Virus record (IMG/VR): IMGVR_UViG_3300014523_000046
Reading direction: 5' to 3' (one strand)
Length of the DNA stretch: 8,274 nt
Source of the DNA: a virus
Taxonomy: Duplodnaviria; Heunggongvirae; Uroviricota; Caudoviricetes
A program made the translations under genes and the position numbers. A model generated the notes under the pieces. The model was not told the origin of the DNA. It did not search any database and worked only from the letters and a program-made list of their open reading frames with translations. The stretch's first letter is position 1. The number at the start of each line of letters is the position of its first letter. Below are positions 1 through 7,372 of this stretch, piece after piece.

Positions 1-208
1 TCGCTCCATGCGTTTGCTCTTCACTTACGGCTAAAAATATAACGTCAAATCACTCAGCATGAAAGAGTTAAAGATTCAGCGCGTTTCCCTTACATAATCT
101 GTCGTTTGTATTCTCATCAGGCATACCGGAAAGACTAGGTATTGTCACACAACCAATACCATCGACAATCGAGAGTTATACCTATTCGGTAATGTTTAAA
201 TATAACAA

Positions 209-236
209 AACCCCGTAAAAACGAGGTTTATGGGTA
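209..236 (-). terminator. Weak candidate intrinsic terminator downstream of the Gns-family gene
   Basis: On the minus strand an imperfect hairpin (plus-strand arms around 207-215 and 222-230, one G-U pair) is followed by a T-rich tail; it lies about 55 nt past the stop of the 290-463 gene. Confidence 0.3.
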
Positions 237-289
237 ATTTGTATTGTTGAATAGCATCTGATGAGAAATTGATGCTAATACTAAACAGA

Positions 290-463
290 CTAGATTAAAT
301 CAATCTTGATATCATAGCTTTCAAGACCAGTCATTTTTTCCCGTGCAGTAAACTGGATACTGGTAACTTCTTTCCCGGTCTTTTTCTTAAGCTCAATGAT
401 TTTTTTTGTTATATATTCAGAAATATCTGCTTCTGTTTTTGTTTTTAACTCTTCAATGTTCAT
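290..463 (-). CDS. gnsB: GnsA/GnsB family protein (57 aa)
   Basis: Translation MNIEELKTKTEADISEYITKKIIELKKKTGKEVTSIQFTAREKMTGLESYDIKIDLI matches the short Gns family (MNIEELK...TGKEV...FTAREKMTGLESYD) as I recall it. The track ORF begins at 556, but the first in-frame ATGs are at 466 and 463 with AAGAGGAA just upstream, giving the 57-aa length typical of Gns. Stop TAG at 290-292. Confidence 0.7.
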   Translation of the reverse strand: MNIEELKTKTEADISEYITKKIIELKKKTGKEVTSIQFTAREKMTGLESYDIKIDLI

Positions 464-635
464 CATTTCCTCTTTTAGTCTGTTATGACTTTCCTGGTAC
501 ACAGTAGTGTCAATTATATGGAGCAAACGTATAAAAGATAAGATGAAACATCGCAATAATCAACATACGACGGTCTAAATTTCACACAAACAGATAAAGA
601 TGATTATCATTTATTATCAATGCATTAGAATCAAA

Positions 636-866
636 TCAATTCAAGAGTCTCATTGCTGCTTCCAGAATTTCTTCTGAAGTTACATGTCGATCCGCTGCTA
701 CATAAATGACTTTATGATCTCCGGTCAGAGATGGAAACCCTGCAGCCATTACAGTGAGGTGTGTTGTTTCGCCATTTGGATATTCACGCATGATGGTGTT
801 AACTCCGGTCATCACTGGCACTACCATTGCTGGTTCAGAGTTAAAAAAAACTATTATTTTTTTCAT
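636..866 (-). CDS. Hypothetical small protein (76 aa), occupying the position between gns and csp paralogs
   Basis: ORF in the track is 636-905, but the codon at 905 is GTG sitting directly against a terminator T-run; the first ATG is at 866 (MKKIIVFFNSEPAMVV...). Weak SD. Sequence has a plausible beta-alpha-beta-like composition but I cannot assign a family. Confidence 0.45.
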   Translation of the reverse strand: MKKIIVFFNSEPAMVVPVMTGVNTIMREYPNGETTHLTVMAAGFPSLTGDHKVIYVAADRHVTSEEILEAAMRLLN

Positions 867-910
867 AATGTTACCGTAATATGTGAGTATCCATCGACTA
901 GACACTAAGC

Positions 911-930
911 AAAAAAGCTCCCGAAGGAGC
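911..930 (-). terminator. Intrinsic terminator (GC stem, UUCG loop, U6 tail on the minus strand)
   Basis: Plus strand aaaaaa GCTCC cgaa GGAGC; on the minus strand this is a 5-bp GC-rich stem with a UUCG tetraloop followed by TTTTTT (911-916). It lies 8 nt after the stop (939-941) of the small Cys-rich ORF and about 200 nt after the cspI-like stop. Confidence 0.5.
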
Positions 931-938
931 CTTCATTT

Positions 939-1193
939 TCACTTTCTTAAATCTAACGATAGACGGCTAACATTTAAGTATTGTGAAATATTATCAAATG
1001 TAATCATCATTGATTTACAAAAGATACATTTTGCCCCGAAAGGATTCCTGTCAGAAACATCAAAAGATGATGTTCTATACTGAGAACCATGGCAACACGG
1101 GCATCTAAAGTGAATATGGTTTGTAATATTATCTACCTCAAAGTGCCACAACATGAACAGCCGCGGGGCCTTTAGGTCCGTTCTCAATACCAA
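939..1193 (-). CDS. Candidate small Cys-rich (zinc-ribbon-like) protein, start uncertain
   Basis: ORF contains C-P-C-C ... 21 aa ... C-I-F-C (CxCC...CxxC), a pattern unusual for a random ORF, and ends 8 nt before a terminator hairpin. The codon at 1193 is TTG with AGGAAG 7 nt upstream; the first ATG is at 1154. Either start overlaps the 3' end of the cspI-like gene (stop 1138) in another frame, which lowers confidence. Confidence 0.3.
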   Translation of the reverse strand: MVLRTDLKAPRLFMLWHFEVDNITNHIHFRCPCCHGSQYRTSSFDVSDRNPFGAKCIFCKSMMITFDNISQYLNVSRLSLDLRK

Positions 1194-1350
1194 ATTCGAC
1201 TTCCTGATTCTCAGTTAACGTTTTGAAATCGTTGCTCTGAATAGCTGAGAAATGGACAAACACATCTTTGCTACCATCTTTCGGCGTGATGAAACCAAAA
1301 CCTTTTTCAGGGTTAAACCATTTCACTAAACCAGTCATTTTGTTAGACAT
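1138..1350 (-). CDS. cspI: Cold-shock protein, CspA family (CspI-like, 70 aa)
   Basis: Translation [70 protein letters not shown] carries the RNP1/RNP2 cold-shock-domain motifs (KGFGFI, VFVHF). Two tandem ATGs at 1353 and 1350; the second gives the canonical MSNKMTGL N-terminus. AAAGGTAATA SD-like sequence upstream, typical of csp genes. Stop TGA 1138-1140. Confidence 0.9.
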   Translation of the reverse strand: MSNKMTGLVKWFNPEKGFGFITPKDGSKDVFVHFSAIQSNDFKTLTENQEVEFGIENGPKGPAAVHVVAL

Positions 1351-1353
1351 CAT

Positions 1354-1713
1354 TATTACCTTTTGAAGAAGTTAGCCCTTGGGCAGAATGGTCCGAAAAA
1401 AAATATCAGAGAGAAAAACCAACAAGGAAATCTCAAGAGGTACAAATAATAAAATTATAACAATGACTGCTTCAGATAATTTTGTAACAAACCAGAACAC
1501 CATTAACGCATGATTAACCAACCATAGCAAGGATTACTTTTGTAAAGAAAAACACACGAATGAAACAATAGCTTTATTTATTAATAAAACGTGTCATTCT
1601 GTCTAATGACCTTTTATCTTACCCTTAAGATTTCAAGGATTTTGACTCATGGAAGAGTCCTTTTTATTTAAATTTCACATTCAGCGCTAAAAATAATCCG
1701 ATTTAATATTAAT
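1354..1713 (-). promoter_or_regulatory. AT-rich upstream region of the cspI-like gene (promoter plus probable long 5' UTR)
   Basis: A 360-bp non-coding AT-rich gap between the Rz stop (1714) and the csp start. CspA-family genes characteristically have long structured 5' UTRs. I did not locate an exact cold-box match by eye. Confidence 0.4.
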
Positions 1714-2741
<1,028 letters not shown>

Positions 2742-2854
2742 GGATATTTATCAGGATTTATCGGCTTCAAATCCCCGGATATGTTAAATCTTACCTCACC
2801 AGTGATGGGCACTGGCGGGAGGAGGATGTCAATCTGATAAACACAGAGGCGACT

Positions 2855-3115
2855 ATGGATTACACAAATCTACCTAAACAAACTTTTGCTGATTTAATCG
2901 CACTCAGGCAAGCAGTCGTAGCTCTAATCAACTTGTTGCCGGAGAAGGAAAAGGAATTAGTTAAAGCGCTTCTTAACAGAACTGCCGCCGATTTTTCATC
3001 ATATCCACTGACAGATGACCTTGCGGACCTTCCTGAATTAATTGCAGCGTCCGCCAATAAGCTTACTGAAGAGATTTACCCTCCTCAAAAATCTTCACAA
3101 AATTCCTGCGAGTAA
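2855..3115 (+). CDS. Candidate small acidic protein (86 aa), convergent with and overlapping the 3' end of the DUF1327-like gene
   Basis: ATG at 2855 preceded by AGAGG at about 6 nt spacing. Lies in the 320-bp gap between the endolysin start and the upstream gene. Its 3' end overlaps the minus-strand gene by about 53 nt. No recognisable family. Confidence 0.25.
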   Translation: MDYTNLPKQTFADLIALRQAVVALINLLPEKEKELVKALLNRTAADFSSYPLTDDLADLPELIAASANKLTEEIYPPQKSSQNSCE

Positions 3116-3614
3116 CTTCAATGCAATAATCGTAAAACGCCGCAAACTGCTCATCGCGGCGTTTTTTTTCATCTTCAGAAGGAATCAGCACCGACAATTT
3201 TTTATTCAGATCAGCGACGCTGCCCTCCAGTTTTTCAATGGGCGATTCAATATCATCTTTTTCTGACCGCAATGCCGTCGGTGGCGTCTTCAGAGAACCA
3301 GTAATTCTTCCCGGTAGCTTTCCTTTGTAGGTTATCCACACATTCTGCGCCTCTAAAATTATGGGGCGCTTTTCCGGCGACTGCTCATCCCCTTCACATA
3401 ACCCGGCAGCAACATCCAGGAAGACCTGTCTGATGCTCCTTCTGGCTGCTGCCTCATAAAACTCCAGCGCGGCACCTTCAACACGGTCCAGCGAGATGTC
3501 CAGGTCAAAAATTTCACCGTCAAAGTGTTTTTTGTCCCGTAAGGCTACAGTTACCGCCACTTTATTCTCAAAATTGCGAACTCCTTTCACAACCAGTTCA
3601 TAGTCTTGAGTCAT
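3063..3614 (-). CDS. DUF1327 (YdfR-like) prophage protein with about 100-aa C-terminal extension (183 aa)
   Basis: N-terminal about 80 aa (MTQDYELVVKGVRNFENKV...DGEIFDLDISLDRVEGAALEFYEAAARRS) match my recollection of the YdfR/DUF1327 family that sits between holin and endolysin in Qin-like prophages. The track ORF begins at a TTG (3635); the first ATG is at 3614, just after the holin stop. Stop TAA 3063-3065. Confidence 0.65.
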   Translation of the reverse strand: MTQDYELVVKGVRNFENKVAVTVALRDKKHFDGEIFDLDISLDRVEGAALEFYEAAARRSIRQVFLDVAAGLCEGDEQSPEKRPIILEAQNVWITYKGKLPGRITGSLKTPPTALRSEKDDIESPIEKLEGSVADLNKKLSVLIPSEDEKKRRDEQFAAFYDYCIEVTRRNFVKIFEEGKSLQ

Positions 3615-3618
3615 TGGA

Positions 3619-3834
3619 TTACTCTCTTCTCGCAACCTTACGCCTGTCTTCTTTAATCTTGAAATAAAGGTTTGTCAGATACGTCAGCATGCCAAATACC
3701 AGACTACCCAATACACCTATTGCCGCCCACTGTGAGGGCGTGACTTTATCGAGCAACTGTAAAAACCAGTAGCCAGCACTGCCTGCAGAGGTGCTGTAGG
3801 CGATGCCCGTTGTTAACTTATCCATGGATTTCAT
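3619..3834 (-). CDS. Class II holin, phage-21 S-like pinholin (71 aa) with dual-start motif
   Basis: Within track ORF 3619-3918, ATG at 3834 with strong SD (GGAGGTGAGGCT-ATG) gives [71 protein letters not shown]: two TM segments, a charged C-terminus, and the MKSM dual start (Met1/Met4) typical of S21. Confidence 0.9.
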   Translation of the reverse strand: MKSMDKLTTGIAYSTSAGSAGYWFLQLLDKVTPSQWAAIGVLGSLVFGMLTYLTNLYFKIKEDRRKVARRE

Positions 3835-3924
3835 AGCCTCACCTCCGCAGATAACGGATGGTGTACACGGTTTGGTTCGAAGAAGGAAAGAAGTTACATT
3901 AGCGTAAGGCCCGAACATCTATTC

Positions 3925-3956
3925 AAAAAGAAAAACGCCAGCAATTATTCTGGCGT
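3925..3956 (-). terminator. Intrinsic terminator downstream of the AraC-like gene
   Basis: Perfect 7-bp stem ACGCCAG/CTGGCGT (3935-3941 and 3950-3956) with an 8-nt loop; on the minus strand it is followed by TTTTTCTTTTT (plus 3925-3934). About 70 nt past the AraC stop (4025). Confidence 0.55.
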
Positions 3957-4024
3957 AGCTAAAAATATCGTATAATCTTACACTTCAAAAAATAACTTTA
4001 TAAAATGCCATCACATCATATCTT

Positions 4025-4738
4025 CTAAGAAAATCTTGATAAATATTGGTGCGGAGGCACACCAAAATATCCTCTAAAAACACTTACAAAATATGATGCA
4101 TTGTCATACCCGCATATTCCCGCCACCTTGCCGACAGTATGGTTACTGTAGATCAATAATCTTTGCGCCATCATCATTCGTTCTTCAAGAATTAATTTAC
4201 TAAACGATAATCCTTCGTTTTTTAATTTTCTTTTTAACAAACTCTCGCTCATATATAATCTTGAAGATATATCACAAAGTCTCCATGACGCTGAGATATC
4301 CGAGTGAATAATAGCCTTAACTTTACAACCTAAGCTATTAAGACTTCCGAACAAAAAACTTTGCACTATTTTCTCTGAAGATAAGACAGCAAGACATGCA
4401 AGTGATATTTGATTTCTAACTACATCCACGGTTTTGCTATCACAATTCAAGCATGCAACCAAGTTCCTTAACAATGAAAAATCTTCACATTCTACTATCA
4501 AGTATGACGGATAAAACCTTCTTACAGAAAAAGGTGAGAGTGTGTAGTTTTTAAAGAAATCATTAACTGTTTTCTCCTCAACATCTACGATCATTAGATG
4601 ATCTGTATTTGACGAAAAAAGATCTTTTAAATTGTATTCAATGAGGACAGCATTTCCTTTTTTAAACAAAATATCTTCTTTACCAATTCGGACAACAAAC
4701 GAGTTCAACACCAAAATGATAGAACATATGTATGGCAT
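4025..4738 (-). CDS. AraC/XylS-family transcriptional regulator (237 aa), AT-rich horizontally acquired type
   Basis: C-terminal about 100 aa carry the double helix-turn-helix of AraC/XylS proteins (...SESLLKRKLKNEGLSFSKLILEERMMMAQRLL...VGKVAGICGYDNASYFVSVFRGYFGVPPHQY). The N-terminal domain is not recognisable. The codon at 4747 is GTG and lies inside the SD; ATG at 4738 with AGGTGG 5 nt upstream is the likely start. Very low GC compared with the lysis genes. Confidence 0.85.
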   Translation of the reverse strand: MPYICSIILVLNSFVVRIGKEDILFKKGNAVLIEYNLKDLFSSNTDHLMIVDVEEKTVNDFFKNYTLSPFSVRRFYPSYLIVECEDFSLLRNLVACLNCDSKTVDVVRNQISLACLAVLSSEKIVQSFLFGSLNSLGCKVKAIIHSDISASWRLCDISSRLYMSESLLKRKLKNEGLSFSKLILEERMMMAQRLLIYSNHTVGKVAGICGYDNASYFVSVFRGYFGVPPHQYLSRFS

Positions 4739-5144
4739 ATTATCCACCTGATATCATTGGGGTTACACCAGGTAAGTATAGGTGGAAAATCAATATTCGC
4801 CAGTTCAACAATAAGGAAAATCTCATTGCATCACAACTATAAAACCATGTGTTTAACTCACAAAAAACAAATCATTAAACTAATCTGTTATATTATAATA
4901 GCTGCGTGCAATAATAATATTATATGCTCTTAATATTCACTTGAAATATCTTCATATAAAAACAGATTGAATAAAATCTTTTGGGGCTGGTATGTTTACC
5001 AACATTAAATTGCATCTCAATGTTTTCTTTAGCGTGAACAGGATTTTTATACAAACTGACACTATGGGCATCATAGCGTAGTTTTTACGATTGTAAATAT
5101 CCTGCATACAGGAACTCATCACTTTCAGATGATATCGCATACAG
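4739..5144 (-). promoter_or_regulatory. AT-rich intergenic region upstream of the AraC-like gene (probable promoter and silencing region)
   Basis: About 400 bp of strongly AT-rich non-coding sequence with many A/T tracts, between the DUF523/DUF1722 stop and the AraC start. The only ORF here (4952-5140) looks spurious. Typical of xenogeneic promoter regions; no specific hexamers assigned. Confidence 0.35.
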
Positions 5145-6104
5145 TTAATTCACCATCAGTCTTAGAGCCAGTTCTTCCGGATAGGGATCGAAGTAATTCT
5201 GTGTAAGCAAGTAATCATTAGGATACTCACCCAGATAATGCTTCAGCAGAGTCAACGGCGCAAGAAGAGGCAATGTGCCAAAGCGATAGTTAAGTATAAC
5301 CTCGCTCAACTCTTTACGCTGGCGTGTACTTAAGTAATTACTAAAATACCCCTGTATATGCATCAGCACATTCGTGTGATTTTTACGTGATGCTGGTTTT
5401 CTGAGAATCGCCATCAGATTATCACGATACACCTCAAAGTATGATTCAAGGTCCGCCCACTCGTGTATTGCAGCCACAAATGGTCCCATATCTTTATAGC
5501 CTGCCTGGCTATGCGCCAACAACTGAAGCTTATAACGACTATGAAAAGCTAATAACTCTCTTCTTGATAATTTCTCCTTGTAAAGATGATTGAGCTCATG
5601 CAAAGCAAAAACTCTTTCAATAAAATTCTCACGAAGCACTGGATCATGTAATCGCCCATCCTCTTCAACCGGTAGCCAGGAAAACTTTTCCATCAAAGTG
5701 CTCGTAAATAGTCCCACTCCATCTTTACGACCTCGATTACCATTTTCATCATAGACACGCACGCGCTCCATGCCACAGCTGGGAGATTTAGCACAAACCA
5801 CAAACCCCGATACATCCTTTAATTTGTCCATATAAGAACGACTAAACTCTGTCATTCTCTCTGTCACATCCTCATTCTGGTCGTGGCTGAAACACATCCG
5901 TATATTTCCTTGCTTCGAGCGCACAAGTCGTAGAGCAGGACGCGGAACTGGCAGCCCTATAGCCATTTCCGGACATACTGGTCTGAATGTTACCCATTCC
6001 ACTAATTTGTCCATTAAAAAGTCATCTCTTTTGTGACCACCATCAAAACGAACAGCAGAACCGCCCAAACAACCGCTGATCCCAATCACAGGTTTTTTTA
6101 TCAT
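5145..6104 (-). CDS. DUF523 (TudS-like Fe-S) + DUF1722 (YbgA-like) fusion protein (319 aa)
   Basis: N-terminus MIKKPVIGISGCLGGSAVRFDGGH with Cys at about 12, 44 and 104 (SPSCG) matches the three-Cys [4Fe-4S] ligand pattern of DUF523/TudS-type proteins. The C-terminal half is helical and YbgA/DUF1722-like. ATG at 6104 preceded by AAGGGGGAGGAA. Stop TAA 5145-5147. Confidence 0.8.
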   Translation of the reverse strand: MIKKPVIGISGCLGGSAVRFDGGHKRDDFLMDKLVEWVTFRPVCPEMAIGLPVPRPALRLVRSKQGNIRMCFSHDQNEDVTERMTEFSRSYMDKLKDVSGFVVCAKSPSCGMERVRVYDENGNRGRKDGVGLFTSTLMEKFSWLPVEEDGRLHDPVLRENFIERVFALHELNHLYKEKLSRRELLAFHSRYKLQLLAHSQAGYKDMGPFVAAIHEWADLESYFEVYRDNLMAILRKPASRKNHTNVLMHIQGYFSNYLSTRQRKELSEVILNYRFGTLPLLAPLTLLKHYLGEYPNDYLLTQNYFDPYPEELALRLMVN

Positions 6105-6296
6105 TTCCTCCCCCTTGACTAATTCATTAACACATAAACTTTGTAGTGCACGGACTAAATTGCCTTTCTGGCTTCATCACTGACAATTTTTCTGTTATTG
6201 ACTATTCCTAATATAGTAGGAAAGTTCTTTAAGTGATCGGTCGTACTCATCTATCTTTCATACTTACTCTCAACTATCAAAAGTACAGGATTTATT

Positions 6297-6821
6297 ATGA
6301 AGTTATGGCCTGTGTTGACTGGCATTGCACTCTCTTTCACTCTTATAGCATGTAAGGCCCCGACACCACCTAAAGGTGTGCAGCCGATTACAAATTTTGA
6401 CGCCAACCGCTACCTCGGAAAATGGTATGAAATAGCTCGCCTCGAGAACTGGTTCGAACGTGGTCTGGAACAGGTCAGCGCTACTTATGAAAAACGGAAC
6501 GACGGAGGGATTCGCGTACTTAACCGTGGATACGATCCAACGAAAAACAAATGGAGCGAGAGCGAAGGTAAAGCATACTTTACTGGAGATACTAAAACTG
6601 CAGCGTTGAAAGTTTCGTTTTTTGGCCCCTTCTATGGTGGCTATAATGTAATCAAGCTGGATGATGAGTATAAGTATGCTCTTGTCAGTGGTCCGAACAG
6701 AGAATACCTATGGATTCTGGCAAGGACCCAAACTATTCCAGATAATGTAAAAGCAGACTATGTGCGTACCGCTCAAAAGTTGGGATTCAATGTCAATGAA
6801 CTATTATGGGTTAAACAATAA
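6297..6821 (+). CDS. Bacterial lipocalin Blc-like outer-membrane lipoprotein (174 aa)
   Basis: Signal peptide with lipobox L-I-A-C (MKLWPVLTGIALSFTLIACKAPTPPKG) and lipocalin core motifs shared with Blc (NFDANRYLGKWYEIAR, KVSFFGPFYGGYNVI, YLWILAR). SD AGGA 6 nt before the ATG. Plus strand, opposite to the surrounding phage genes. Confidence 0.9.
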   Translation: MKLWPVLTGIALSFTLIACKAPTPPKGVQPITNFDANRYLGKWYEIARLENWFERGLEQVSATYEKRNDGGIRVLNRGYDPTKNKWSESEGKAYFTGDTKTAALKVSFFGPFYGGYNVIKLDDEYKYALVSGPNREYLWILARTQTIPDNVKADYVRTAQKLGFNVNELLWVKQ

Positions 6822-6849
6822 AATCCCCACCCGAAATGATACTTATTAG

Positions 6850-6877
6850 AAAAAAAACCAGCCTTTGGGGAGGCTGG
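6850..6877 (-). terminator. Intrinsic terminator downstream of Q (tR'-like); may also serve the convergent blc-like gene
   Basis: Perfect 7-bp stem CCAGCCT/AGGCTGG (6858-6864 and 6871-6877) with a 6-nt loop; on the minus strand it is followed by an 8-T run (plus A-run 6850-6857). Located about 100 nt downstream of the Q stop and 37 nt after the blc-like stop. Confidence 0.65.
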
Positions 6878-6879
6878 CT

Positions 6880-6977
6880 AAATCAGGAAACAAGCTGTTA
6901 TATGATAATAACTACGTTGCGATTCCAACATTTAAAATGTTAGACTAATGAAAATCAGACAGCAACTTTTCCTTTAA
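6880..6977 (-). promoter_or_regulatory. Candidate late promoter / Q-utilisation region between Q and the terminator
   Basis: By analogy with lambdoid pR'-qut-tR' organisation. Minus-strand hexamers TTGCTG (6965-6960) and TAACAT (6942-6937) with 17-bp spacing are one possible -35/-10 pair, which would predict a short transcript of about 80 nt. The assignment is speculative. Confidence 0.3.
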
Positions 6978-7355
6978 TTATTTCGAACAATCAGCATCCA
7001 TCTCCAATCGGAGATCCAACACCATCAGCATGCCCTCCACTACGCCCTCAGCTTTCTGGAGCATCCTGCCAACCCAACAATCAGATCGCCCATGCTTACG
7101 TGCAAGCGCCATAAAAGTCATGCCGCCGACATAATAGTCCACCAATAAATCATGTAAATCGCTGTTGTTTTTTTTCAGGCGAGCCATACATTCACAAATG
7201 ATCATCGCGTCATCGTCACAGCATTGCGGACGAGATCTTACTTTTGAAGGAATTAATCCCTTAAAACCGGCGGCAATGGACGACCAGGTCACATCTTCAT
7301 GATTATTAGCCGCCCATGCCCCCCAACGCTCAAGAACCATCTGAATATCACGCAT
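6978..7355 (-). CDS. Phage antitermination protein Q, short QuuD-like type (125 aa)
   Basis: Translation from ATG 7355 ([26 protein letters not shown]...[32 protein letters not shown]) matches my recollection of the approximately 127-aa Q-like antiterminators of DLP12-type prophages (Phage_antitermQ family). The track start at 7370 is a TTG; ATG 7355 has GGAG 8 nt upstream. Followed by a terminator, as expected for Q. Confidence 0.8.
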   Translation of the reverse strand: MRDIQMVLERWGAWAANNHEDVTWSSIAAGFKGLIPSKVRSRPQCCDDDAMIICECMARLKKNNSDLHDLLVDYYVGGMTFMALARKHGRSDCWVGRMLQKAEGVVEGMLMVLDLRLEMDADCSK

Positions 7356-7372
7356 CAACTTACTCCACAAAA

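Noticed and set aside
684-1083. Plus-strand ORFs 684-908 (74 aa) and 883-1083 (66 aa)
   Set aside because: They lie antisense to the minus-strand 76-aa gene and the Cys-rich ORF, span a terminator hairpin, have odd compositions (Trp/His/Cys/Phe rich) and no SD. Most likely shadow ORFs.
3042-3266. Plus-strand ORF 3042-3266 (74 aa)
   Set aside because: Antisense to the DUF1327-like gene, Phe/Ile-rich low-complexity translation, no SD.
3971-3976. Perfect TATAAT hexamer on the plus strand between the AraC gene and the holin
   Set aside because: No acceptable -35 at 17 +/- 1 bp, and a plus-strand promoter here would only transcribe antisense into the AraC gene. Probably a chance match in AT-rich DNA.
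4952-5140. Minus-strand ORF 4952-5140 (62 aa) in the AT-rich region upstream of the AraC gene
   Set aside because: Lies in extremely AT-rich intergenic DNA with an Ile/Lys/Asn-biased translation and no SD; more likely promoter or leader sequence than a gene. It could conceivably be a leader peptide, but there is no support.
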